A stretch of DNA of 63,761 nucleotides, the filler included, from Vannella sp. (lineage: Eukaryota): the NCBI GenBank assembly GCA_023345925.1. It is 6 parts of 6 records of this genome, joined end to end, with 100 filler letters (N's around TTAATTAATTAA, not from the genome) between each part and the next. Parts side by side here need not be neighbours in the genome. Positions count along the whole stretch, not along the records: positions 1 to 24,038 come from JAJQQN010000403.1; positions 24,139 to 36,559 come from JAJQQN010000485.1; 4 more parts are not named here. One strand, 5' to 3'. Positions within the stretch are counted from its first letter, which is position 1, and every line of letters begins with the position of its first letter. A program made the position numbers and the translations under genes. The notes beneath the pieces were generated by a model. It saw nothing but the letters and a program-made list of their open reading frames with translations. It did no database searches and had not been told where the DNA came from. Shown here one piece after another: positions 14,347 through 27,100 of this stretch.

Positions 14347-15181
14347 TTAGTTGTCCTCATCCTCGTCGACCTTAGGGGCCAGGTAGTAACGAACGTAGCC
14401 CAGGTCTTCGATGGGGTACTCGACAGCGATGGGTTCGCCTTCCGACATGGAGAGTCGAACGCATCCTGAGAGGGCGGTAGCCTTGGTGAAGAGGTTCAAG
14501 AACTTCACTCCGAAGGAAAGGGACACTTCTTTCTCGATCCTCACCTCAACCTCCTCCTCGGGCTTGGTGTCGATCTCGCTTGAAGGGCGGAGGTGGATGT
14601 TGCCGTTCCCCATCTCTCCTTTCACAGAGAACTTGATACCAGCTTTGGATGCTTCGATCTGCACGGTCTCTCCAATGACAGTCAAGTCGCGGCAGATCCT
14701 CTGGAACTCAGCAGCAGGGATGCGAATGTTCGCGTCGTAGTCACGGTCAGGGATAGCCAAAGCATCTCCTTCGACTTGCATCAGCTTCAGCTCGAACTCA
14801 GCAACGCGGTCTTCGGTGGAGTGAGAAGGGGAAGACCTTGAGGACGATAGAGAGGAACTTACGTGGGTTCTCGAACAGGAAGGTGACTGAATCACCGTTA
14901 TCTTCAGCCTTGATAGTGACGGAGTCGTCGTTTCCAGCGCATTTGAGGATCTTCGTCATGGAACTGATGTTGATGCCCAAAGGGAGGGCGCGATCACATC
15001 TGTAAGACTCAAATCCTTCACTACGAAGAAGGAGGGCCACAAGAGAGACATGAGATTGGTCAAGGGCTTGAAGAGCAATGCCAGTAGGTGAGCAGTCCAA
15101 ATTGGCTTGAAGAACGAGATCCTTCAACGAATCCAGGATTCGTTTCAGGAGAACGGCGTGCTTGATCTTAGCTTCGAACAT
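14347..15181 (-). CDS. PCNA: Proliferating cell nuclear antigen, 2 exons (intron 14811-14862)
   Basis: MFEAKI...[12 protein letters not shown]...YRCDR...[10 protein letters not shown]...[10 protein letters not shown]. Confidence 0.98.
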
Positions 15182-15249
15182 GATATAACAGAGAGGGCTG
15201 TGAGGAATGACACGTTGACCTTTCTCGTTACCTTTCCTCAACGGACAGT

Positions 15250-15261
15250 TTTTCCCGCCAA
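15250..15261. promoter_or_regulatory. E2F-type site TTTTCCCGCCAA in the divergent PCNA/Cdc24-OB promoter
   Basis: Matches the E2F consensus TTTSSCGC and lies ~70 nt upstream of the PCNA ATG. The same 12-mer occurs at 53885-53896. Confidence 0.6.
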
Positions 15262-15394
15262 AAAAGTGCGAAATTTTCTTCCTTTATTTGGAGAATCGAA
15301 CTTATGGATTGTCTGTCCGTGAAGTTATAATAGTCTATTCGTGAAATTCATAATCAGGTGTGTCGGGGGGCATTTTTTGGAGGACCCTTGTGGG

Positions 15395-17475
15395 ATGAAC
15401 CACTTCTTGGTGAGGAGAATCAACGAGTTGCAGTCAAGGTTGTGGGAGCGGAGTAAGGAAGGGGATTCTCAGGTTCCTTGGTAGGGAGATGGATGGATTG
15501 CGTACTCTTCTGACCGCCCACAAGGAACTGGGTGCTTTGTGAGACCCTTCAATTCATGGCCAAGTACAACTGCGGAGTTTCAGAGGCAGTGTTGATGTCT
15601 CATCTTCAATGCAAATGGGATCGTCAACAGAACAAGTTGCGAGGGTCATCCCACGCGGGGGACCTCCAAACTCTTCATGATATCCTCCACGGAAAGTCCC
15701 AACAAGTGACTTCAACCGCAACACTTTTCGCCAAAATCTCTGCTGTTGATGTGTTACCAGGAACAAGCGTTCATATCGCCACTTTAGTGGATTTTGAGAC
15801 AGAGGCTAGCTGTGAATGGTATCTTCCCTCCCAATTTCACTTCCTGCAGAAGGATTTCTTCTCCGATAGAGCGATTAAGCTTGCTCAATGTCGTTTAGTT
15901 CACTCTTATGGAGTAGGTTTCGTATTTTTGGTGCTTCGCCAGCTCAATTGGGGTTGGATTTGCAGAGTGGGGTTCGGATATTGCCCACATCTTGCGCTCT
16001 CTTTCATTTACACCCCTTGAATGATCGTTTGTTTATTGATTCACACAAGTATGGTCGATTGGATAGCATTTGGGAACGTGAGGATCTTGTTATCTTCGTT
16101 CAAGTGCTCAACAAATCCTCTCCAAGACTTATTTGTGGGACGACCCAGCAGAAGTTCAAAGTTCACGACCAGTGGGGCTACTCGCTTTACCTTTACTTTG
16201 GTGGAGATTATCTCAGCCTTGGGAAATTGATCTCCAAGGTTCGGACACTCAAATTCACATCAAGAGTCGAGTCTAACGATGGAGGGCCTCAGGGAGATCT
16301 TCTTATTCTGAAGAGCTTTGGACGATCTGTTCAGCCCGAATTCCATATATGCTGGAGTGATACTACTGTTGGCTTTGTTTTGGATATGAATGGATTGGTA
16401 GAAAGCGAGAAGGAGGAGTTCTTTGCTCGTGTGAAATTCGAAATTCCTGTGCCAAAACCTCAACAGCTCTTCCGTCGGACGATCCTTTCGGATGTCAAGA
16501 AATCCTCAAAGAATGTTGCATTCTTTGTATCGTGCCAGGAGGTTGGAGTTAATGTGCGAACACCTCAGAGGAGATCCGTTCGTGTTCTCACTAGACTTAG
16601 ATGCCAATTGAATACTCCTCGCGTAGTTTGGATCGCAGGCTTTTTGTGTGCCATGATGAGAGCCATCAACGCTATAATGTCACTTGCTGGGGAGAAATCT
16701 GCCGAAATGCTTCCAAAACGAAAGAGGGTCAGACCCTCTGCAGACTCTCAAGTCCTTTAAAGTAACCGGAGGAGTAGGGCATTTAGTGTTTTTCGGCCAA
16801 GCAACAACCACAGATGAGAAACGATTCTTCACCAATTGCTGGGACGAAAAGTCTGGAATCTTCTTCAACAGTAAGAAAGGTCTTCTCTCTCACTGGACTG
16901 ACACTGGCTAGTCACTCTCTTGACGGGAATTTTCTTGTCTCCATTCTTCCAAAAGTTCCACACTTTGGCTGAGGGAATGGTCCATTCTTCATTTCTTGTT
17001 CAGGCACAGATTGTGGATTATGTTGTTCCTCACTTGTCTGTTGCTCCAGTGTGCAATCGATTCCATGATGTCTGCGATCATCCATTGACGATGATCTCTT
17101 CGGACCTTCCAGAAGAAGAGTTTGTGGCAAGTTCTCCTTTACAATGCGAATTTTGTTCCTGTCCGGTCCCCAGCGACCAAATTGTCTCCGTTTTCACCCA
17201 CTCGTGGATAATCGACGATCAGAGCGGAAACCGGGTGACTGTTCAAGCTTCTCCATCGTGTCACACAACCATCATCGAACTCACCGCCTTTGAGTTCCAA
17301 TCTTTGTCACCTCCAGAGTACGACACTCGCCTCTTTTCTTCTTGCTCTTCTGACACTCAATCTTAGCCGCCAATTTCTGTTCAATCGGATTTTACAGAAA
17401 GAATTTATGTTTTGGTTGAGCCGCACGAATGAGGGATATCGTATCGACCAAGTGACCAAATTATCTGTTGAGTAA
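15395..17475 (+). CDS. Multi-OB-fold protein resembling CDC24_OB1-3 domain proteins, multi-exon
   Basis: Spliced N-terminus VPW-NWVLCETLQFMAKYNCGVSEAVLMSHLQCKW and ...RILPTS.. recall plant Cdc24-OB proteins. The C-terminal region has a Cys cluster (C..RFH..C, CEFCSC) and WIIDDQSG, resembling an RPA1-C type OB fold. Confidence 0.6.
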
Positions 17476-17510
17476 ATGAATTTGTGGAAGCTTTCCATTT
17501 TGTGGACAGA

Positions 17511-18226
17511 ATGAGGTCGGTGGTGTCCTCCTTTCCCAAGCCGCCACCCTTTTACAAGACGTATGTTACTCCGGAGAACGCAAAGCCTCCCCCACCACCT
17601 ATAGTAGGTGAATACATCGTCTTCAACACAGCCTTCAACACAGTGAGTGCCAATCTCGCCTCCTATTCACTAGAAAGGGACTAAAAGAGCCGAAAGGAGC
17701 AACACGTGCACCCTCCCACTTGCCCTTTGTTCGACCCTAAAGCAGGTAGGTTCCTCCGCTCCCAGGGCCCTTCGAGAAGTAACACCCGTCAGATGCAAAG
17801 AGTGACCTGAAGCGACTTTGTGGATCAATGCTACAACAGTACCTGGAAGTGCTGGAAACGATGATCAACCGACCTGAAAAGGCCAGCGTGAGGATCAGGG
17901 AGTTGTGGTTGATAGTGGAGAACGTTCACTATGTCCTCAACAGAACCAGGACCCACAAGGCCGAAGAGGTGCTCCTCCACATTCTCCAAATGCAGAACCA
18001 ACAGCGCATTGACGCTATCCAGCACCTTGAAGAGCAAAAGAAAGCCCTCTTGGACATCCTCGCAAGACTCGCTGCCATTGCTGAAGAGAGTGAGCCCGAA
18101 ATGATGGAAGAGGAGTGGAATGGACAAGTGGGAGGGACCAAAGAGAGTCAACCAAATAGCCAGCAAGAGTATTACCAAGACCTGTCCCTCTTGCGAGGTG
18201 TGCTGCAGCAAATCCAAAAGGCATAA
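17511..18226 (+). CDS. MED7: Mediator subunit 7, 3 exons
   Basis: SSFPKPPPFYK..PPPPI.GEYIVF, followed by LQQYLEVL...NVHYVLNRTRTHKAEEVL. Confidence 0.85.
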
Positions 18227-18241
18227 ACCCTTTATGCGAAA

Positions 18242-19890
18242 CTAAGACGATTGAATCGTGTCCTTGACGGCTTCAATGAGCTGGATAATGGTCACGGTGG
18301 ATGCTACAATTGCAGCGACTACGCCAAAGATCACCAAGGCCCAATGGAAGATCACTTTCCAACGGGGAGAAGACTGACTGAACAGTTTGATGTGGAAAAC
18401 GCAAGGGAGGATGTAAGCCATCATGGATCCTCCGAGAGCACCAACCAGACTGACAAAAAGAGAAAAGTAAGGAATAGAAACAGCCACGAGTGATGTCACG
18501 AAGACAAGAATCAGCCGAATGAGGTTGCGGGAGAGTTCCTGCTTTGTGTGAGACATGTCTCGGAAGAAAGCGATCTTGTGGAAGGAGTATCCTTCAAGAA
18601 TGGCCACTACAGGGAACATTTGCACCGGATAGGTGGCAAAGATGGCAAAGATAAGAGAGATTTGCGTGACCAAGGTCCACGGGCTCCCCGAAGGCAAATT
18701 GAGAGTGATTCCGTCGGGATTGACTAAATCACCGTATCCGAGGTAGCCAATCGTGGCAAACGTCAAGTAGAGCAGAGTGATGCAAACATATCCCAAATCG
18801 AGAACATAATGATAATGCTCTGGGTACATCATGGCACGGCGCATGGGAATGACCAGGCCAATGCCTTCGTAAGTGAATACGGCCTGGAAGAAGAGGGTGG
18901 ATTAGCCCGTGACCACGACCACTGGATAGCTGCATTTCACACGTACCATTCCAAAGAAAACGGGAATACCACCCCAGTTAATCGCCCTAATGGCAGGTTG
19001 GTTGGTGATGGTAGAGTCAAGTGCAAAGCCCATTATAATTGCGAGTCCCACAAACATCACAGCTTGCCCCACCAGACTCAAATACGCTAGAACGCGGAAC
19101 GATCTCATCCAGACTGCCCCAGTCAGGAAGGGGACGAGAATCAAGACATAACCCCAAACAGGTATTGTGTCGTAGATCCTTCTTTCTGTGAGACTTGAAC
19201 TACCCTTTGAAGCAGAGAGAACTCACCCATTAAGATTGGATGATATGAAGATGACGTAGACGCAGCAGAAGCCGAGTTGGGTGAAGATCAAACAGACATT
19301 GACAATCACGCGGCCTTTTCTCCCGAACAGGACCGCTCCAATCCCTCCAAACGAGAGCTTCTTATCACAACGGAGCTCCAGCTCATCACTGATTTGAATG
19401 ATAAGTCGAATACAGTACTCTGAGATGGCAGCAAGGAAGATCAAGCCGAAAATCGAGAACTAATGGCCTCTCTCATCAGCTTAAGACTCTCTGGTTGTAC
19501 CCAAACTACTCACGATAGCTCCTCCTTGCATGAATGCATAAGGGAGTCCTAAGGAACCTATGAGACAAAGAGGGGAGCGGGCGATCTTCCGTACCCAGAA
19601 TGCCTGAGCCGATGTAGGACTTGGTAAAGTTGATAAGAGTCCGAACCGTACTGTGTAGGTAGTATTAGCATCCATCTTGCACGAGGCAGGGAGTGCGCTA
19701 ACCTGGAAGAGCCCTCCGCCCCGCCCCCATGAGGGTCTGGCTTTGCATCAGGAATAATCCCAGACTTAACGCTCTCCGCCAGCTCCAATCCCTTGTCATA
19801 GGAGTTGACTTCCGGATCATACTTCCCTCCCGGTACCCGGTGGTTTATAGAGCTCTCGTGCTCGCCCAAAAGCTTCTCCGTCAGCGGCAT
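18242..19890 (-). CDS. Amino acid/auxin permease (SLC36-like) transporter, multi-exon
   Basis: KSYIGSGILGLPYAF, QLGFCCVYVIF, FTYEGIGLVIP, FATYPVQMFP and SLVGALGG motifs with multiple TM segments. Confidence 0.92.
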
Positions 19891-19983
19891 GGAAGCGCCC
19901 TCAAGGACCGAGCGGAATAACATTCTTTGGAGTTTTCTTTGTCCTCGTGAAAGTGGCTTTTTAATGATATGGGAGGGAAGTGA

Positions 19984-22450
19984 TTATTCGCTCTTTTCTT
20001 TGGGCACTTCGGCGTTGACGGTGGTGAGGATGTTGTGGACGTTGGACACGGACGTGCGGAGGACTGTGTTGAAGACGGGTTTGACAAGGTAGAGGAGGTC
20101 AAAGTACCATAAGAACGCAAACACTGCGCAGATACAGAGGGCCAGCATGAAGAGCATGGGGTTGGAGAGGATCCAGAGAATCTCATCAAAAGCGAAGATA
20201 AGCAAGAGGACGACCATGAATGCAGGGGTCTGCGTCGCTGTACTGTTACGCTCTTGCTCTGTACGAGCGGCTGTGAAGAGTGCATCACTGGTCTGGGTGA
20301 ACCGTTTCTTCAACTGCGAAGCTTCTCTCTGGGAAAGGAGCACCAGCTCTGCTGGCACGTCGTCTTTGTACGTCAGTTCATCGTGATCAACATCCAATCG
20401 ATTGATACCAAATAGCTCAATCACAGACAAGACCTCCTCCTTGCATTGGGTGTAAAGTTCCTCAACGTTCATCTCCTTCGTCCACTTGCGAGGGAGACCT
20501 TGATCGTACTGGAACTTGGAAGTGAAGAGCTTCATGATATGATCATAAAGCTCATTGACGTGCTTCTTGATCGTCTCGATCATCGTGACACGAACACGCC
20601 GGTTTAAGTCGGACACCTTCTTGGCAATCTCCTCTTCTGAACAAGCAAAGGAGGTCAGTTCGCGCTCAAGCATCTCAGAGGTCTTCTTCTGTCCGCCTGC
20701 TTCGATCTCACGGATCAAAGTCCACATCTCTTCGGTGGGACTCTCCAAAACGTCCTGAAGGGGCTCCACAATCTTGATCTTGATATTCTTCTCCAGCTTG
20801 TCCACCATCCGACGGAGCTGTCCATCACGAGCAGCTGCAATGTGACGCTCAATACTGGACTGAAGCTCGGCAAAGTCGTTCTCTCCAGACCATTCATCCA
20901 CCGCCTGGTCGATGATGGCTCCCTTGGACTTGGTCTCAAAGGTGTCAAGAGCCTCCTGACGGAGACCAGCCATGACAGAAGCAAAGTTAGCGAGGATCTC
21001 GTTCTCATCCGTAGGAATAGCAGCCTCGACCGCCTTGTCGAAGTTGTCCAATGCTTGCGTGCGCAGCTTGCCAAGGAACTCCAGATACACACTGAAAAGA
21101 TCCTTCTTCATCTTTGTCATCAACTCCTTACCCTTGGCTTGAGCTGTCTCCTCGTGATAGCGAGATGAAGGTTCCCCATAACTTGCTACTTTGTGTGAGA
21201 CAAGAGCCACCTTCTTCATCGCCTTATCACTTACCGAAGCAATCTCTGACGATCTCTGAAAGGTCGGCACCAAAGGTGTCCTTCTGCTGGTTGTTCTTGA
21301 GCAGCTGAATGATGGGGGCGATGCGCTCCAGGAAGTCAGCGTACACCTTGTCACTGATCTCTCCACAACGGAACAGAGCGAGCATCTCCTTCTGAGAGGG
21401 AAGGTCCAAGTCACGGTTGTCCTTAACAACATCCCAAATGTTCTTGGCGTAGATGTCAAAGCCATCTGCGGGCACATCAGTGATGTAAGATTGGTTCCAC
21501 AAATAGCCCGGATGAGACTTGTTCGTGAGCTTCTGGCGCAAGTCAGCAATCTGCTCAATGAACTTGCTCTTCTCGTAGCGGAAGTGGGAGAACAAGTGGA
21601 AGTCCACGTCGAAGAACTGCGACATTGGCGAGGTAGCGAACTCGCTTGGTTTGGCGATCTCACGCCAGATGGTTTGCATGTCGCCACTTAGTTGATCTTT
21701 GATGACCTCAGCAGGAGTCTCGTCCATCCAATCGCGGACGGTAAAGAGGAGGAGTGTCTTCGATGTTCTAACAGTGACCGTGAGTCCCTCTCACTCCACT
21801 TTGTAGCCCACCATAACCTACTTGCTTCGTGCAAAGAGCTGTAGGTTGAGTTCAAGGACAAACTTGAGAAGGGAGAAGTTTGAAGCCTTCAAACACCCAA
21901 TATCCTTCGCATTGACGTTGATCATGAGAATCTCACTCAAAGACAGAGAGAACAAAGAAGTCTTCTTCTCAAAGGCTGTGTTCTCTTCTCCTCGCTCTTT
22001 GCTGTCCGTTCCTGGACGAAGGTTAGGAGAGATGGCTTTTCTCTGACCCACTCCGCCGTACCCTCAACATCTAGTACGAGAATGTTCTTGGTATCTCCAG
22101 GGGAAGCCCAGATACCCAAGGTGGTCTGGTGGATGCCAGACTTGGCGTCCAACACGGCAAACCCGGTGTTGAAGAGAAAGTTCAGCAAAGTGCCTATTGG
22201 AATGAGGAAGGGTGCGATAAATGAATGTACCTGAACGTACTCTTTCCACTGCTTTGAGATCCAAGGACAGAGAGTAGCTTGTAGTCAAAGCCAAGCGTCT
22301 TGAAGCCCCAAGTAGTCACTGCTTCATCAAAGTGAGGGCTATCTCCATCATAAGTCTCCCAACCACCAAAACGAAGCCAACTCACTTGTATTCCGCATCA
22401 TCCGTGATGATCTGGACAAGATCATGGCCCTTTGTGGTCTCCGCCGCCAT
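19984..22450 (-). CDS. SEY1: Sey1/RHD3 ER-fusion dynamin-like GTPase, multi-exon
   Basis: GSQSSGKS-TLLNFLF, QTTLGIW, LDVEGTDS.ERGE and DLDLPSQKEMLA motifs, a helical stalk, and a C-terminal TM hairpin. Confidence 0.95.
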
Positions 22451-22491
22451 CTTAGCACGAAAATGAAGTTTGTTATTATCAACCAATTTAA

Positions 22492-23883
22492 TCAAAGCAA
22501 AGTGCATTGGCAGGTTCTATTCTGTTCGGGGAGAAGAGAGGACTTTTCCCCTGGTTTGCCAAGTTTGCTTTTCGGCACTATTTTGCCGTCCATGGTGAGG
22601 ACAAGGCCGCTGTACTTTGGTGCATATGCGCTCTTTTGTCCGAGAGCGAAGATGTTGGAGACCACCTGCGCTGGAGTGAGGAGGGTGGGGGATGAGAAGG
22701 GGAAGACCTACGGCTTCCAAGTCCTTCTTCTCGTACAGGTCGCTGCAGTTGAAGATCAATGCAGAGTTCATTCCCACTCTTCTACATGCGTTTAGGTAGA
22801 TGTTGATGTTATCCTACGTTGCAATCAGAACAACCCTGCGAGGAAGGAGCTGGAACTTACTCTGTGAACCAAAGGCACATCTTTGGTCCCCGGAGTGGGT
22901 GCAGTGCCTGGATAGATCGTATTGATCAAGAGACAGAGGATGTGACCACTCTTTAGGTCAGTATGGAACTCATTGAGGCGTGCACCGGTCACCTTCTCGA
23001 TCCAATCCATCGCTTCTGCCTCCCGTTTGAAAGAGTAGCCCTTCTTGCGCTTGTCGTGGATATCAATGTCCATTCCAAACTTGATATCACTATTAGAGAC
23101 GACCTCTTCGTTGGAAGTACGCAGCTGCTGGAAGAATTGTCCGCTCTTTCTCTTCTGAGCGCGAACTTCTTTGGCAGAGAGGTCTCCCCGGAATGCCTGT
23201 CGCTCTATCTTTCGTATCTCACTGGACTCCATATCGGCTATCATTTCTTCTCGCTTTTGGCTCTCCAACTCAGCCCTGCGGTAGAGTTGCTGCTCATTAA
23301 CCGAATGTCTTCGCTCCTTCTCTGCAGCTCGGTCTGCTTCCTTCTTCTGGAGACGCTTCTGCTGATCTTCTAGTGACACGGAAAATCTCACGCCTAAGCG
23401 AGGGCCATGGAAGCCAGGAATGACCTGAGCTTGGCGCGCCAGAGCGTAGATGTTCTGGAGCACCGCAGGTATCGAGCGCCTGGAGTGAAGATCACTTAGT
23501 ATGAACGAGTCTTGCGATGGAATCCCCAGCTTGTTGCAGCCACGCAGGTAGGCTTCAATGTTTTGCTATCTTGAGTGAGTGCGAACCCACCCATCACCTC
23601 TGAACCTCACCCTCTCTTCCAGCATGTTTCTGGGTACAAGTGCGATAGAGCGTGAAGGAACAGTTTCTGGGCGGATGCTATTCAAAGCTTGGCAGAGTAT
23701 CACACCGGTTTTGAGCCACTCGAATAGTGCATCACCTTTATCGCCCCTGCTGCTCGGGGCAGATGTGCCAGTAATAGAAGCAAGCCAAGTGAGCGCGCTT
23801 CTTTCCAACTGTACATCGTACCCCTCCCAAACCTTCGCGTGGACTTCCTTGTCCAGACCACGAAGGTCGCCTTCGTGTGCCAT
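22492..23883 (-). CDS. Protein with two calponin/transgelin-type CH domains and a C-terminal CaaX motif, 4 exons
   Basis: LKTGVILCQALNSIRP...NIEAYL and LKSGHILCLLINTIYP...NINIYL..DLYEKKD, separated by a charged coiled coil. The spliced end reads TCQCTLL*. Confidence 0.85.
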
Positions 23884-23988
23884 GCGGACACAACCGGAAA
23901 TGGCTGCGTTTATCAATTTCGGATACCGGTCCGTAAGTTGAGCACGAAAACCAATCCAAAAGAATTCATCTTATGAAAGGCCAAAAAG

Positions 23989-24038
23989 CTCCCCCACCGG
24001 GAGTCGAACCCGGGGCTCGACAGTGAGAGTGTCGGATG
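23989..24038 (-). tRNA. tRNA-Glu(CTC), 5' half cut by the contig end
   Basis: Minus strand shows the anticodon arm CGACA-CTCTCAC-TGTCG, the T arm CCGGG-TTCGACT-CCCGG and the 3' acceptor strand TGGGGGA-G, followed by a T5 Pol III terminator. Confidence 0.9.
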
Positions 24039-24138
24039 NNNNNNNNNNNNNNNNNNNNNNNNNNNNNNNNNNNNNNNNNNNNTTAATTAATTAANNNNNN
24101 NNNNNNNNNNNNNNNNNNNNNNNNNNNNNNNNNNNNNN
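24039..24138. other. Artificial contig linker
   Basis: 100 nt of Ns around TTAATTAATTAA (stops in all six frames); identical at all five junctions. Confidence 0.98.
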
Positions 24139-27100
24139 TCCGACCTGGAATGAAGTTAATAGGAACTTGTCTAAGATGGAATTCGACAACACAAAGGCGT
24201 GCTGGTTGAGTTCATAAGGGACTGGATTTGAGGAGGCATCATTTTGGCCTAGCACATGGAAGAGGAGTCCCATGAACAAGTTTGATTGATATTCTATGGG
24301 GTCCTCCACAGCTAGAGGGCTGAAATGGAGCAATGATTCTTGTGGGGGTAGAGTTAACGTAGTGTGAAGCGAACACAATGGAGGTGATTGACTGCGCAAG
24401 ATGTTATAGATATGCACAGTCCTGCTGATACCCTGCTGGTCGCGCAAGAGCTCTGGAAGATTCTTAGTTCCTTGGTCAAGTCTAAAAGCGAAAGAGTCGC
24501 CTGCTAATGAGGAGTTTTGTATCAACGCGCTTTCCATCATTGTACCAGCGATACCAGCTAAGTGCCTTCCAGGATCCCTACCACCTCGCTGGAGGAGGTA
24601 AATAATACATTGGGCGGCGGTGAAGTAATGAAGAGCTTTGGGAGGAAGCACTGAACCCTGCATTGCAGCAGAAAGGATGTAAAATGCACGCAATAGAAGA
24701 AGCTGGCATTGGAAATAGCGAGTTGTCTCTGTGGCCTTTTGATAGAGCCCTTCAGCAGTTTGAAAGAGAGTCGCAAATCCTTCCGGATTCTGGCGGAATG
24801 AGCTGCGGAAGAGTTCTGAGGCTAAATGAATCTGCCATTGAGCATGAGCGATGTCTGTTGAGTTAATTTGGCTTCCTCTGATGTGATTTAGCACGGCGCG
24901 TTCCACATAAATCAGTCCTTGGTGGTACTTGATCTCCCAATGGTGTATGTTGATTTCTAAAGCCAAGTTAAACTTCTCCATTGCTCTGTCAAGGAGCTTA
25001 TTGATTGGATCAAAGTGAATAGGGAGCTCTTGAGGAAGCATTTCTTCTGGGAGTGAATCAGAAGCTACGGCACTTTGATGGTACAAGACTTTGCCCCATT
25101 TAACAAAGGAGGTGAGACTATTAGTGTTCGAGGCTACAGCGTGTTCAAACTTCTCGTCAATCACTTTCCAAATGCCAGAGGTAGCATTGGGTTGCGTCAA
25201 CGCTTCTCGGAATAAGAGGCTCCCTTCAGCCTCGTCGATAACGTTAAGATGGCGAATACGGGCGTGGAGCCTTTTCAGGTCAAAATGCATCAGCCTGAAG
25301 TTATGAGGGTTGCTCATGTACTCCTCCACCAAGCCCCCGCGGAGAGAGATTCCTGAAAGATCACAGAATCGCTCAATAGTGAGTTCAATATCAACAAGCG
25401 AGCGCAAATCGTTCTCCTCCGCCAGCTCCTCATCTGTAAAAGCCTTTTTAAATCTTGTCTGCAGAATGTGGGCCAAGTCTCTGCTCCAAAAGCTGGTTTC
25501 CTTCAGGTCTTTGACTGTCACTTGGGAAAGCTTCAACGCCTCGCGGGTCTCATTACGTGGCGAGTCTCCGCGCGTTTCATGCAATGAGAAGGTGGCCCTA
25601 AGAACCTTGAAGGCCAGGATACGATAAGGCTCTTGCTTTGCAACGCAATTGACGACTCCTTTGGTGTGCTTTCGCATCATGTAGCGAAGAATTGACTTAA
25701 GGCAACGCGCCACCATCTCCGAGAGTATAGCTTGCCTTAACCGTATCCTATCTGGGTCTATCTGAGAGTAAATGATACCCAAGTGGCGGCAATTGATGCC
25801 ACCTCTGTGAATGCGCTCTGTAAGACGATCAATTCGGACCCCTGGCTTATCAAGAGGCAAAAGATGATCATGCACAAAGGTTGGGATGCCAACCTGGAAT
25901 AGATGCCGCGTTGCCCGGAGCACCTCATCGTTATGGACTTGCTTATCAAGCTTTCCAAAAGTACTGTACGCGTCACTAGAAAGCGGTGTGTGGTGCTGAC
26001 GAATGAATTCAGGGCGGAGAAGATTGTAGAAGATCTCCCGAGATGGCTGAGCGGGTGCCTCTGGCGGGAACACACGTCCAAAGTCCAACACATAGAATTT
26101 ACCATCTGTTCCGAGGTGCCCTTCAATATCCACGGGAGCACAGAGAGACACGATCTCTGGGGGCTGTCCAGGTGCACTTTGGAAAGCTTGCACTCGGTGC
26201 TCTTTCAAGCCAAGTGCCCGACCAACCAACTTCATTCGATCTGAAAGGACGCGGTTGCGATTGCGAACCGTTCTTGAGCCATCCTGACTGCCATAGCAAA
26301 GCGTAGTCTCTTTGTGAATAGGTAAAATCGACATAGCCAGAAGCCGGAACCCCCGATAATCCACAATGCAAAAGAGCGGATAATGCAAGTCAGGTACGTT
26401 ACTGTTATAATAAGATAACAGTCCCAGCATATCATTTGATGCTGCCTTCATAGCAGCATCATCAAATGCCTCTCCCTCGCCGTACATCCAACGCCCTTTG
26501 TCGTCTTGCATGTCCAAAGCGAACTTAAAAAAGATTCCGGACACGACAAACTTCATCCCTCCCGCTCGCCCTCCACAGTCCGCTGGTTTGATCGATTTCT
26601 TCTCTGATGGGAGAGAGAATTCACTAATGATGATCTTCCCGTACGTCTTGGAGGCGTAAACAAAGTCTCGGCCCAACGTTGAGAGCGCCTTCCATCGCGC
26701 GGGTCCCTCCTCCATGCTCTGAGCTCTCTGGAACATCTGGTTCCAATCTGCACGGTCGTTTCTTTCGTGGTCTAGCAGGAGCGTCAGTCCTGTGCGTGTG
26801 AGAGGGTTATCGCGTTGAAGAAGCATCTGGGGGACATCCTCTAGCAAGTGCAAGCGGCGACGGCTCCGTAAGAGAGTCATGCGACTATCAGTACGACCTC
26901 TGGGTAATGTAGGAGCGGGTGCTTCCTTCTGTATCGGAGCCGACGAGGTGGAGTCGATCAAAGTGTCCTCCTCGCTGTCTGTGGACGAGTCATCGTCTCC
27001 ACTTGTGTGTGGGTCAAAGGTTGACTCTGGTAGCTTCTCTCCACCTGAGGCATCGACGAAGGAAGAGGAGTCATCCACGTTGTAGAGGGACTGGCTGGAG

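Noticed and set aside
14811..14862. Possible non-canonical acceptor in PCNA (loop about two residues short)
   Set aside because: The AAG acceptor 10 nt after CTCAC keeps the frame and fits the local intron pattern. A small loop deletion is the simpler explanation.
24039..24138. TTAATTAATTAA palindrome recurring five times
   Set aside because: It is an artificial stop linker within Ns. Gene adjacency across linkers has no biological meaning.
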